DNA of 64,000 nucleotides from Candidatus Parachristensenella avicola (GTDB lineage Bacteria; Bacillota; Clostridia; Christensenellales; UMGS416): the NCBI GenBank assembly GCA_904420205.1, contig CAJFUN010000023.1, positions 129,409 through 193,408 on the forward strand, written 5' to 3'. Of the stretch, positions 49,060 through 58,485 are shown in pieces. Under the pieces are notes generated by a model. It ran no database searches. It had not been told where the DNA came from and saw only the letters and a list, made by a program, of their open reading frames with translations. The translations under genes were made by a program, and so were the position numbers. Positions within the stretch are counted from its first letter, which is position 1; each line of letters opens with the position of its first letter.

Positions 49060-49238
49060 GCTGCAGCCTTGTATATGGGAAAAATGCCGACAAATGTCGG
49101 CGGACAGACAAATAGAGCGAAGAAATAACAAAGAAGGATAAATTATATGGCCTGGTTTATAATATTTACAATTTGTTAACACAACGCACCAGTGCCATTT
49201 GTTACAATCAACATATTCACAGAGGGAGGAAAAGGATA

Positions 49239-50185
49239 TGATCAAAGTCGAGAATGTGACGAAGCGATACGGCAACAAAACCGCCGTCGACGATGTCACC
49301 TTCGAAGTCCAAAAGGGCGAGATCGTGGGCTTCCTGGGCCGAAACGGCGCGGGTAAATCCACCACGATGAACATCATCACAGGATACATATCGTCCACCA
49401 GCGGCTCCGCCAGCGTGGATGGGTATGATATTCTGAAAAGCCCGCTCGAGGTCAAAAAGCGCATCGGCTATCTTCCGGAACAGCCGCCGCTTTATATGGA
49501 TATGACCGTGCGGGAATACCTGAGCTTTGTCAGCGACATCAAGCACGTGCCCGGAGCCAAGAAGACGGCCCATATCGGGGACGTATGCGATCTAGTAGGG
49601 ATTGCGGACATGCGGGGACGATTGATTCGCAATCTGTCCAAGGGCTATAAACAGCGCGTAGGTTTGGCCCAGGCGCTGATCGGAAACCCGGAGGTGCTGA
49701 TCCTGGACGAGCCGACGGTGGGTTTGGACCCCCGCCAGATCATCGAGATCCGCAAGCTCATCAAAGATCTGGGCAAGGATCATACGGTCATCCTCAGCTC
49801 GCACATCTTGCCTGAGGTAGCCGACGTATGCGAGCGGGTCATCATCATCGACAAAGGCAAGATCGTCGCGCAGGATACCCTGGAGAACCTGTCCAGCAAC
49901 GTTAACGAGATCACCCGTCTGACGCTGCGCATCCAGGGCGAGGAGGGCAACGTGCGCAAAACGCTGCGCGAGGTTCGCGGCGTCCGGTATGTAGAGGTAC
50001 TCGGCGTTAAGGAGGCGGGCACGGTGGATTTCCTGGTGGAAAGCGAGCGCAACCAGGATGTGCGGGCCGACGTATTCCGGGCTATGGTTTCCCTCCAGCG
50101 GCCGGTGCTGATGTTCCGGCCTATGGACGTGACGCTGGAGGATATCTTCCTGCAGCTGACCAGCCAAGATAAGGAGGATAACTAG
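49239..50185 (+). CDS. ABC transporter ATP-binding protein (GldA/NatA-like)
   Basis: GFLGRNGAGKSTTMNIITGYI, LSKGYKQRVGLAQALIGNPEVLILDEPTVGLDP. Confidence 0.95.
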
Positions 50186-50896
50186 ATGTTCGCTGTGTGG
50201 AAGCGGGAGATGCAGTCCTATTTTCTCTCTCCCATCGCCTATGTTTTTGTCGCCGCCTTCCTGGGCGTGTGCGGCTATTTCTTCGCCTTTAATAACGTGG
50301 CCACCTATAGCGCGGCCTTTAACTCCACCATGGGCAATATTGCCTTTGTGTTTATGTTCCTTATTCCAGTGCTGACGATGCGCCTGATGAGCGAGGATCG
50401 GCGCAGCAAGACCGACCAGCTGCTGCTGACGGCCCCGGTATCGCTCACGCAGATGGTCATGGGCAAGTATCTGGCGGCGGTTTCCGTGTTCACGGTTGCG
50501 CTGCTGTGCAGCCTGATTTATCCGCTCGCTATGGCCATCTTTGGGAATCCCGCCTGGGGCGAGATCCTGACGAGCTATGTGGGCTGCTTCTTGCTGGGCG
50601 CTTCCTTGGTGGCGCTGGGCATGTTCCTCTCGTCGCTGACCGATAGCCAGGCCATTGCCGCCGTGACGACTTTGGTCGTCATCATGCTGCTGTATGTAGC
50701 CAATATGATGACGCCGTATCTGAATATTTCCTGGCTGTCGACCATTATCAGCTGGTTCTCCATCTATTCCCGCTACGATCCCTTCTATGCGGGGCGGCTG
50801 GATCTGCCGGCGATCATTTACTTTATCAGCTTCTCCGCGGTCTTTGTGTTCCTGACGATCCGCACAGTGGAGAAGAGAAGGTGGAGCGAGGGTTGA
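50186..50896 (+). CDS. ABC transporter permease (GldF-like)
   Basis: Six-TM pattern, MFAVWKREMQSYFLSPIAYVFVAAFLGVCGYFF...MRLMSEDRRSKTDQLLLTAPVSLTQMVMGKY. Confidence 0.92.
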   Translation: MFAVWKREMQSYFLSPIAYVFVAAFLGVCGYFFAFNNVATYSAAFNSTMGNIAFVFMFLIPVLTMRLMSEDRRSKTDQLLLTAPVSLTQMVMGKYLAAVSVFTVALLCSLIYPLAMAIFGNPAWGEILTSYVGCFLLGASLVALGMFLSSLTDSQAIAAVTTLVVIMLLYVANMMTPYLNISWLSTIISWFSIYSRYDPFYAGRLDLPAIIYFISFSAVFVFLTIRTVEKRRWSEG

Positions 50897-50900
50897 TAGC

Positions 50901-52391
50901 ATGAAAAAGATAAACGAGCAGAACATTGGCGGCGGCAAAAAGAAGGACAACGGCCGCAAGCGCCGCATGATCTATGGGAGCTACTCGGTGGTGCTCAGCT
51001 GCGTAGTCATCGTGGCGGTGCTTCTTGTAAATATCTGCCTGCAGTATCTGGGTGAGAATGTGAACCTACAGATTGACATGACCCAGAACCAGGTCTACTC
51101 CATTACCAACAAGACCAACGAGGTGGTAAGCTCCCTGGATGAGGACGTATATATTTATACCCTCTTTTCGGGCTCCAACGTGGATCAAACGCTGCAGGAT
51201 ATCTTAAACCGGTATAAGCCGCTTTCGGATCACATCAAGGTGGAGAACGTAGATCCTATCTTGAATCCCGGGTTTGTCACCATCTATTCAGAGTCGGGTG
51301 TAGCGCCGTCCACCGGCGACGTAGTTGTGACCAATGCGGATAAGAACGTTTATCGGGTGATCGACTATGACGATATGTACACCTATGATGATAACGACAA
51401 TCTCTCCCAGGTGAACGTGGAAAGCAAGATTACCTCGGCGATCACCTATGTGACGGATGAAAACCGCAAGAGCGCCTATATCCTGACGGGTCACGGCGAA
51501 CCGGAAATCGCCACCATGACCTCGTTTAACGAGATCTTGGAGGGAGAGAACCTGGAAATTATTTCGGCCAAAATGGATGTGTTCATGGAGCAGCACAAGC
51601 CGGGCGATATGCTGATTGTGATGGCGCCGCAGTCCGATCTGACCGATACCGAGCGCGAACAGATGAAATCCTTTGTGGAGGGCGGCGGTACGCTCATGAT
51701 GTGCCTGGATAACGAGCTGGGCAAGGATCTGGAGAACTTTAACTCTATCCTGAAACTCTATGGTGTATCAGCTCCTCAGGGCGTGATTTTTGAAGGAGAC
51801 CGCGACCATTACGCGCTGCCCTATGCGAACTTCATCGTGCCGGATTATACGAGCCATGAGATCGTGCAGGCCCTGGCAACGAAGAACGTAGCGGTGCTCT
51901 TCCCCTATGGCGCGGGTATCCTTGAGGTAGCCGATCCCCTGCCGGAGGAAAACATCACCGTATCCAGCATCCTGGAAACCTCGAATTCCTCTTGGATGAA
52001 GAGCCTTTCGGATCTGGAGACCACGGCCAAGGCCGATACCGACCCCAGCGGCCCATTCCCGGTGGGCGTTACGATCACCCGCCCGGTAACCCTGGAGAAT
52101 GGGGAAGCCGGCGAAACGAGGATTATTGCCTTTAATACCGTGAACCACATTCGTTACGGCGATTCGCTGGCCGCATATGCCGACGGCGATCTTGTCCGCA
52201 ACTGCGTAGCCTGGCTGAAGGGCGAAAGCGCCCAGGAGCTGTACATTCGCGGCAAGACGCTGGGGGATTCGGTGCTGTACTTCCGCAGCGCTTCCCAGGC
52301 GGACTGGACGATTGCCCTGACCTGGCCGGTGCCTGTTGCCCTGATCCTGATCGCGGGCCTTGTCATCTTTATCAAGCGTAGACATCTGTAA
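50901..52391 (+). CDS. GldG-family ABC-associated membrane protein
   Basis: QNQVYSITNKTNEVVSSLDEDVYIYTLFSGSNVDQTLQDILNRYK..., ILTGHGEPEIATM, single TM near each end. Confidence 0.9.
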   Translation: MKKINEQNIGGGKKKDNGRKRRMIYGSYSVVLSCVVIVAVLLVNICLQYLGENVNLQIDMTQNQVYSITNKTNEVVSSLDEDVYIYTLFSGSNVDQTLQDILNRYKPLSDHIKVENVDPILNPGFVTIYSESGVAPSTGDVVVTNADKNVYRVIDYDDMYTYDDNDNLSQVNVESKITSAITYVTDENRKSAYILTGHGEPEIATMTSFNEILEGENLEIISAKMDVFMEQHKPGDMLIVMAPQSDLTDTEREQMKSFVEGGGTLMMCLDNELGKDLENFNSILKLYGVSAPQGVIFEGDRDHYALPYANFIVPDYTSHEIVQALATKNVAVLFPYGAGILEVADPLPEENITVSSILETSNSSWMKSLSDLETTAKADTDPSGPFPVGVTITRPVTLENGEAGETRIIAFNTVNHIRYGDSLAAYADGDLVRNCVAWLKGESAQELYIRGKTLGDSVLYFRSASQADWTIALTWPVPVALILIAGLVIFIKRRHL

Positions 52392-52402
52392 GGAGTGACC
52401 CC

Positions 52403-53845
52403 ATGAATAAAAAGATGCTGATTACAGCGGGCGTGCTGGTCGTCGTGCTGGCGGTTATGCTGTGCCTTGTCTTTATTCTGGTGCCGGCGCTCCAGCAGAA
52501 GCAATATGAAAACCAGACCACGACAACCACGTCTACCACGCCAGCTCCGGAGAAGCTGGGTACCCGCGAGGAGCAGGAGGTGCTGGAGATCACGGTTGAG
52601 CGCTCCGACGAAACCTTTACCTTTGAGCGCGAGGAGTATCTCGCCGACTGGGTGCTGACCAAACAGCCGGATCTGGCGCTGAATCAGAATATGGTTTCTT
52701 CGCTGGTGAGCAATGCCTCTTCGGGCATCGTGAACCAGGATATCAGAAGCGATCTTACCGATCTGGCGCAATACGGGTTAGATAATCCCACTGCGACGGT
52801 AACCATCGTGTTTTCCGATGGAGAAAAGCAGACCTATTACCTGGGGAATCTGACGGTTACCGGCTCCAGCTGCTATGCTTACCGTGAAGGCGTGGAGCGG
52901 GTGGTAACGGTTCCCAGCAATTTCTACGAGTATGCGACATCGCCGCTGTATGCCTATGCTCAGCCCAAAGAGTTCTCGGTGGATGGACCCAATGCCTCGA
53001 TGATCCGGATTTCCTCCGGCGACGAGATCCTACTAGAGGCCCACCGCCTGGGCGAACAGACCATGAGCGTGGGCGACTATATGATCACCGAGCCCTATCA
53101 GGTGCTGGCGAGCACGGAGTTCGACACCTTTGCCGAGTATTTCAGCACCATCAGCTTGAGCGGCATGGTGGACGTATCCAATGACAACCTGCAACGCTAT
53201 GGGCTGGATAACCCGGCCTATACGGTTACGGTGGAGTACGATCCCGATAACGTGGGAGGCACGGGCAACTTTACCATGTATATCGGCGATAAGAGCGAGA
53301 ACGAAGAGGATTATTACGTATCCTTCGAGGGCGAGCAGGGTGTGTACACCATCAGGACGACGGCGCTGGATTTCATTACGGAGATGAACGCCTTTAGCCT
53401 GGTGAACCGCATGTTTATGCTGTATGCCATCAACTACGTGGACGAGGTGACTGTGCACGCGCCGGACACCGATGCAGTGCTGACGATCATCCAGCCGGAT
53501 ACGTCAGAGGATGAGACGGCCCGCGCTACCTTTAAGCTGGATGGCGTCGATATTAACCGAAAAGCCGGTAACCTGTGGTACCAAAGCATCCTGAGCATTA
53601 CAAGCCACGGAGCCTTGCCCAAGGGCTATACTGTCAGCGGAGAACCGGAGGTCACGATTTTCTTTAAATACCTGCCGGGTAACAACCTCACGGAGAACCT
53701 GTTTGAGTTCTTCCCCTACGAGAAGGATTATTACGCTGTCCGGGTGGACGGTGTGACCCAGTTCTATTGCAGGCGGGAGAAGGTTGAAAACATGCTGACT
53801 ACCCTGGATCAGCTGCGTGCCGGCGAGCTGGACGCCGAAGACTAG
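52403..53845 (+). CDS. DUF4340 domain protein
   Basis: N-terminal TM, repeated YGLDNPTATVTIVFSDGEKQTYYLGN / YGLDNPAYTVTVEYDPD...YIGDK blocks typical of DUF4340. Confidence 0.85.
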   Translation: MNKKMLITAGVLVVVLAVMLCLVFILVPALQQKQYENQTTTTTSTTPAPEKLGTREEQEVLEITVERSDETFTFEREEYLADWVLTKQPDLALNQNMVSSLVSNASSGIVNQDIRSDLTDLAQYGLDNPTATVTIVFSDGEKQTYYLGNLTVTGSSCYAYREGVERVVTVPSNFYEYATSPLYAYAQPKEFSVDGPNASMIRISSGDEILLEAHRLGEQTMSVGDYMITEPYQVLASTEFDTFAEYFSTISLSGMVDVSNDNLQRYGLDNPAYTVTVEYDPDNVGGTGNFTMYIGDKSENEEDYYVSFEGEQGVYTIRTTALDFITEMNAFSLVNRMFMLYAINYVDEVTVHAPDTDAVLTIIQPDTSEDETARATFKLDGVDINRKAGNLWYQSILSITSHGALPKGYTVSGEPEVTIFFKYLPGNNLTENLFEFFPYEKDYYAVRVDGVTQFYCRREKVENMLTTLDQLRAGELDAED

Positions 53846-53861
53846 ACAACAAAACCGTAAA

Positions 53862-53893
53862 AACGAGAGGGAGCTTGCTCCCTCTCGTTTTTT
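53862..53893 (+). terminator. Intrinsic terminator of the Gld-type operon
   Basis: AACGAGAGGGAG-cttg-CTCCCTCTCGTT followed by TTTT. Confidence 0.93.
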
Positions 53894-54017
53894 CTATGCC
53901 GGCGGCAGGCCTGGATTGGGCGCGGAAAAAACGCACACCAAGCGGATAAATGAACATTTTCTCGAATTATGTTATAGAAATACAAAACACCAGTGAGATA
54001 CGTGCGGAGCGTGTATA

Positions 54018-54047
54018 ATAAAAAAATACGTCCCTTGCGGAACGTAT
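54018..54047 (-). terminator. Intrinsic terminator (minus strand) for the 79-aa ORF
   Basis: Minus strand ATACGTTCC-gcaa-GGGACGTAT followed by a T tract. Confidence 0.7.
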
Positions 54048-54053
54048 CGGCAT

Positions 54054-54293
54054 CTAGGCCTGATCGGTGGGAGCGCCGTCCTCTCGCTCGGGATCCGTCC
54101 GCTTTTTGACCTGGGCAAGGATTCGCTCGATGGCGCTGCGGTGCCGCTCGGTGACCTCGCGGACGTAGACGGACGGCCGGGGCTGGGCAGCCGGCATTGG
54201 CATCGTCTCAGGGGCCGGGTTTTCCTGGGGCTCCGGGTCTGCGGGCGGTTCAACTGGATTTTGGGTAGGCGGGACGGAAAATACGCGTTTCAT
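54054..54293 (-). CDS. Small proline-rich hypothetical protein (79 aa)
   Basis: Own terminator downstream and SD-like sequence upstream; MKRVFSVPPTQNPVEPPADPEPQ.... Confidence 0.5.
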   Translation of the reverse strand: MKRVFSVPPTQNPVEPPADPEPQENPAPETMPMPAAQPRPSVYVREVTERHRSAIERILAQVKKRTDPEREDGAPTDQA

Positions 54294-54402
54294 AAGAACC
54301 GACTCCTTTCAAGCTTGCTTATCCAAATCTATGGCGGATAGGGCTTCAATATGACAAACATCTGTCAAAGATTTTATTTTTCAATATGAATATAAAAATG
54401 GT

Positions 54403-54419
54403 TTCGACCGGCTTCGACA
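54403..54419 (+). promoter_or_regulatory. Tandem Spo0A boxes upstream of spo0A
   Basis: TTCGACC (54403-54409) and TTCGACA (54413-54419; reverse complement of TGTCGAA), exactly 10 bp apart. Confidence 0.65.
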
Positions 54420-54536
54420 AATCTAGTGGAGCTTCGCTCTTTCCCAAAATTTGTCCTATGATACAATATTACTGGAAAAAACAGCCGATCGAGTCATGTT
54501 GATTCGGATGATGGAGTAAAAGGAGGAAGATCAACC

Positions 54537-55313
54537 ATGCAGGAGAAGGTTAAGGTACTGGTGGCGGATGACAACGGGATGACCCGGGAAATGATGCACC
54601 AGGGCCTGGGCAGAATGGAAGAGGTGCAGGTGGTTGGGCTAGCGGCCAACGGGCAAGAGGCGGTGGAGCTGCTTCGCAAATATCAGCCGGACATTTTGGT
54701 GCTGGACCTGGTAATGCCCGTATTGGACGGCGTCGGTGTACTGGAGGAAATCAAACGGCTTCCGGGCAAGCATCCCGACGTATTGGTGCTCTCTGCCATG
54801 GGCTCTGAGGACGTGGTGAACGAGGTCATGCGCTACGGCGTGCGCTATTTCATGGTGAAACCCTTTGAGATCGAGCAGATCTGCCGGCGCATTCGGGACA
54901 TTATTGACCAAAACCACGGTGGCAAAAGCACCGGCTTTACCATGGGCTCCAGCATCCGGCCCAAATCGGTTGACGAGGAGATTACCTCGGTTTTCCTGAC
55001 GATCGGTATCCCGGCCCATATCAAGGGATATCAGTACCTGCGGGAGGCGGTCAAAATGGTCATGGAGGATAAGCAGCTGATTGGCTCCATCACCAAAGAG
55101 CTGTATCCGGGGATCGCCGAACGCTTTGATACATCTGCCAGCAAAGTGGAGCGGGCCATCCGGCATGCGATCGACGTGGCCTGGACAAAGGGACGCATCG
55201 AGAACATCAACCGCATTTTTGGATATAATATTTACACCCTGCATGACAAGCCGACCAACGGAGAATTCATCGCGCTTCTAGCCGATAAAATGTCCATGGA
55301 GCACTCGGCCTGA
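54537..55313 (+). CDS. spo0A: Sporulation transcription factor Spo0A
   Basis: VKVLVADDNGMTREMM..., DILVLDLVMPVLDGVGVLEEI, Spo0A_C: IGIPAHIKGYQYLREAVKMVMEDKQLIGSITKELYPGIAERFDTSASKVERAIRHAIDVAWTKGRIENIN. Confidence 0.98.
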   Translation: MQEKVKVLVADDNGMTREMMHQGLGRMEEVQVVGLAANGQEAVELLRKYQPDILVLDLVMPVLDGVGVLEEIKRLPGKHPDVLVLSAMGSEDVVNEVMRYGVRYFMVKPFEIEQICRRIRDIIDQNHGGKSTGFTMGSSIRPKSVDEEITSVFLTIGIPAHIKGYQYLREAVKMVMEDKQLIGSITKELYPGIAERFDTSASKVERAIRHAIDVAWTKGRIENINRIFGYNIYTLHDKPTNGEFIALLADKMSMEHSA

Positions 55314-55394
55314 CGAAAGGCATTCCTCCCGGCATATAAGGGGACGAACCGGCATAAAGTGATACAGATATGGTTCGCCAAGGGAGGATTGAGT

Positions 55395-56924
55395 ATGGAT
55401 TGGGAAAAAACGCTATGGAATCTGGAGATTGCCGTAGATGACACGACAGCCTCCGGCATGGCCGAGGCAGAAATCAATATACCGGAGGATCAGGAAGGCG
55501 CATTGCGATTCCTGTGCTGCCAGGCCAGGGTAGAGGACGCCAGCGCTCAGCCGTCCCAGGGACAGGTGCAGGTGGAGGGTGCGGTGGCGTTCACGGTGCT
55601 GTATGAAACGGCATCCGGGTTGGCCAGCATTGAATCGCGCAACGGATTTGCCCACACGGTGGCGATGACCAAAGCCCAGGCAGGGCAGCGGGTGCAGCTG
55701 AAAGTTACGGCGCTGTCCACCCAGGTGCGCTGGATTAACGAACGCCAGTGCAGAGTGGAATGCGTGTTGGAAATGCAGATTGGCCTTATGGAGCGCCAGG
55801 AGCGCACGCTGATAACCGGTATACAGGGTGCGGGTGTGCAGGCCTCCACCACGCCCATTGAGGGTTCTTGGGTCATCGGCACCAGCCGCCAGGTGGTCAC
55901 GATTCGGGAGGACGTGGAGCTGAGCCCCACGCTACCCGCGGCTGAAAACGTGCTCTGGTGCCAAGGGCAGGTAGAACTGACCCAGATAAGCTGCCAAGCC
56001 GGGCAGATGGACGTCGCTGGGCAGCTGCGGTTGAACGTCCTCTATAGCGCGGCAGCCCCCGCATGGGTTGAGCAGACGGCCCTCCAGCTGCCGATCGCTC
56101 AGCAATGGGATGCCTCGGAAATCGCCCAGTCGCGGTGGCTAATGGGCGAAGGCCGGGTGCAGGAATGCCGCATCAAGCTTTACGACAACATTAAGGGCGA
56201 GAAACGGGTTCTGGCTGTGGAAGCGCAGCTGTTGATCACGGTACAGGGATATGCGTCTCAACAAACGCAGGCATTGACGGACGCGTACTCCATGGATGAG
56301 GAGATTACCCTGGAGACCCAAGTTTGGAAGATCCCCGGCGCCCCGCAGCAGGCTCAATCCGAAACGCCGGTTACCGGCGAGCTGAAGCTTCCGGAAGGCA
56401 CGGCCCTGCCGGACCAGGTGCTGCAGGTACTGGCCAATCCCGTGGTGGACAGCATTACCGTGGAGCAGGGGAAGGCGACGATCACCGGCCGGCTTATTAC
56501 CAGCGTGATTCATCTTTCCGGCGAAGAGCGCATGCTGGGCTGCATCAACGGAACGGCGCCCTTTGAGACGGCCGTAACGGCAGAGGGCCTGCAAGCGGAG
56601 GACTGGCTTCAGGTAGAGGTTGCCGGGCTGCAGGCTGGGGCGTCATCCGGTGCGGCGGGCAGCTTGCAGATTCGGGATGTGCTGGAAATCACGCTGATTT
56701 GGCGCGACGTTCAGACGCAGACCGTGGCGGTAGACGGCGAGAGCGAGCCTTGGGAGAGCGAGTTGCCCTCGGGCTTGCTGTTGGTTGTCGCGCAGCAGGA
56801 TGAAGATAACTGGAAAATGGCCAAGCGATGCAGAATCCCCATGGAAGAGCTCATTCAAGCCAATCCGCAACTGGCGCAGCGCGAGGTGGAACCAGGCGAG
56901 TGCCTGGTGGTAGAGCGCGCCTAG
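55395..56924 (+). CDS. Spore-coat/SPOCS (DUF3794) and LysM-domain protein
   Basis: Repeated SPOCS-like blocks (VEGAVAFTVLYETASGLASIESRNGFAHTV, VEAQLLITVQGYASQQTQALTDAYSMDEE); C-terminal LysM DNWKMAKRCRIPMEELIQANPQLAQREVEPGECLVV. Confidence 0.88.
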   Translation: MDWEKTLWNLEIAVDDTTASGMAEAEINIPEDQEGALRFLCCQARVEDASAQPSQGQVQVEGAVAFTVLYETASGLASIESRNGFAHTVAMTKAQAGQRVQLKVTALSTQVRWINERQCRVECVLEMQIGLMERQERTLITGIQGAGVQASTTPIEGSWVIGTSRQVVTIREDVELSPTLPAAENVLWCQGQVELTQISCQAGQMDVAGQLRLNVLYSAAAPAWVEQTALQLPIAQQWDASEIAQSRWLMGEGRVQECRIKLYDNIKGEKRVLAVEAQLLITVQGYASQQTQALTDAYSMDEEITLETQVWKIPGAPQQAQSETPVTGELKLPEGTALPDQVLQVLANPVVDSITVEQGKATITGRLITSVIHLSGEERMLGCINGTAPFETAVTAEGLQAEDWLQVEVAGLQAGASSGAAGSLQIRDVLEITLIWRDVQTQTVAVDGESEPWESELPSGLLLVVAQQDEDNWKMAKRCRIPMEELIQANPQLAQREVEPGECLVVERA

Positions 56925-56943
56925 CCATCGCGGAAAGTCATGC

Positions 56944-56986
56944 AAAAAAGCCCGGAATGCGAACGCTTCGCATTCCGGGCTTTTTT
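56944..56986. terminator. Strong bidirectional terminator
   Basis: AAAAAAGCCCGGAATGCGAA-cgc-TTCGCATTCCGGGCTTTTTT, 20-bp perfect stem including the A/T tails. Confidence 0.93.
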
Positions 56987-57070
56987 GTTTTGTCCCGTCC
57001 TATAGGGCGGGCGTCATCCGGCGCGTGATGCAGCAAAAGGATAACGAAGCGCCTTTTGCTCCTTGTGCCC

Positions 57071-57283
57071 TTAAGAGTGCTCTACCGGCACATCGTTGTG
57101 GCGGAAGAGGTTAGCCAGAAGGCCGATGCACCAAAGCCCGGCCAGGCCGACAATGCAGTACACAATCCGGGAGCCGATGGCGGCCGTGCTTCCAAAGATC
57201 AATGCAACGAGATCAAACTGGAAGGCGCCCACCAGCAGCCAGTTAATAGCCCCGATGATCACCAGGATGAGAGCAAGCTTATT
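57071..57283 (-). CDS. DUF378 small membrane protein
   Basis: MNKLALILVIIGAINWLLVGAFQFDLVALIFG...IVYCIVGLAGLW. Confidence 0.92.
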   Translation of the reverse strand, partial: NKLALILVIIGAINWLLVGAFQFDLVALIFGSTAAIGSRIVYCIVGLAGLWCIGLLANLFRHNDVPVEHS

Positions 57284-57359
57284 CATGGTTGATTCCTCCA
57301 ATGTATGTTGTCCGCTATAAGCTTACCCCATATGAACAGAAATATACCTTGGTGCGACG

Positions 57360-57632
57360 CTATCCTTTCTTTTTGTCGATCAGCTCTTCCACATCAAAGC
57401 TATCAAAGGCGACTTCTTCCATAAAATCGTCGGCCCGAAAGCGGGTATGGCGGAATTCACTCATATCCCGCAAGTGCTTGGACAGAATGACGGGGCGGGG
57501 CAGATCCAATGGCTCGCAGAGCGCTTGGATCATTTGTTCAAATTCCTCCTGCGTATCCGTCGTATATCCGTCGGCCGTTGTATCCTTGACGATTTTATGA
57601 TTTTTCACAATTTTTCCCCAATACCGCCCCAT
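57360..57632 (-). CDS. Hypothetical protein (90 aa)
   Basis: ORF with acidic, soluble composition; MGRYWGKIVKNHKIVKDTTADGYTTDTQEEFEQM.... Confidence 0.55.
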   Translation of the reverse strand: MGRYWGKIVKNHKIVKDTTADGYTTDTQEEFEQMIQALCEPLDLPRPVILSKHLRDMSEFRHTRFRADDFMEEVAFDSFDVEELIDKKKG

Positions 57633-57762
57633 ACTATGCCTCCTTTTGCCTGTCTATTATAGCCTGTGTTTCCAGCGTACGCAAGCAGGGCAAACAAGTC
57701 CATTCTTTTTGATCCAGCGCCTTGATATAATAAAACAAACTTTAAGGAATGAGGATGCGGCG

Positions 57763-58476
57763 ATGAAAAAAGCTTTGATCGTATGGGGCGGATGGGATGG
57801 ACACGAACCCCGTCAGGTGGGCGAGCGCTTTGCCGGCGTTTTAGAGGAGGAGGGCTTTTCGGTGACGGTTTCAGACCGGTTGGAAAGCTTCACGGAAGTG
57901 GATCTAAAAACGCTGGATCTCATTGTGCCGATCTGGACGATGGGAACCATTACAAAAGAACAATGCGACGCGGTGGTGGAAGCGGTCGGGATGTACGGCG
58001 TGGGCCTAGCCGGAAACCACGGCGGCATGTGCGATGCTTTCCGGCAGGATACCCAGTGGCAGTTCATGACCGGCGGGCAATGGGTTTCCCATCCTGGCGG
58101 CGACGGCGTGCGGTATACGGTAAACATGCGCAGGACGGCTTCTCCGCTGACCGAGGGATTGGAAGACTTTGAGGTTGAGAGCGAACAATATTATGTGCAT
58201 GTGGATCCGGCTAATTGCGTGCTGGCCACTACCCGGTACCCGGTGGTGAACTACTATCACGCCGCCAACGGCGCCGTCGACGTGCCGGTAGCCTGGACCC
58301 GCCGCTGGGGCCATGGCCGCGTATTCTATTCATCGCTGGGCCATCACAACGATGTATTTGATATCCCCGAAGCCCTGGAACTACAACGCAGAGGTATGCG
58401 CTGGGCGGCCGAGGGAAAGGCATTGGCTCAAGGAAAGGATCCGGAACAGTATACCAGCACACTGAAAATGTATTAG
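57763..58476 (+). CDS. ThuA domain-containing protein
   Basis: LIVWGGWDGHEPRQVGERFAGVLEEEGF, GLAGNHGGMCDAFR, PVAWTRRWGHGRVFYSSLGHHNDVF. Confidence 0.92.
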   Translation: MKKALIVWGGWDGHEPRQVGERFAGVLEEEGFSVTVSDRLESFTEVDLKTLDLIVPIWTMGTITKEQCDAVVEAVGMYGVGLAGNHGGMCDAFRQDTQWQFMTGGQWVSHPGGDGVRYTVNMRRTASPLTEGLEDFEVESEQYYVHVDPANCVLATTRYPVVNYYHAANGAVDVPVAWTRRWGHGRVFYSSLGHHNDVFDIPEALELQRRGMRWAAEGKALAQGKDPEQYTSTLKMY

Positions 58477-58485
58477 GAGAGGGAC

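Noticed and set aside
49084-49099. GCCGACA-aa-TGTCGGC short palindrome upstream of the Gld-type operon
   Set aside because: 7-bp arms only; could be chance or a weak operator. No promoter geometry that makes it convincing.
49592-50968. 458-aa minus-strand ORF
   Set aside because: Lies entirely antisense to the clear ABC ATPase/permease genes; His/Gln/Arg-rich low-complexity composition typical of an antisense shadow ORF.
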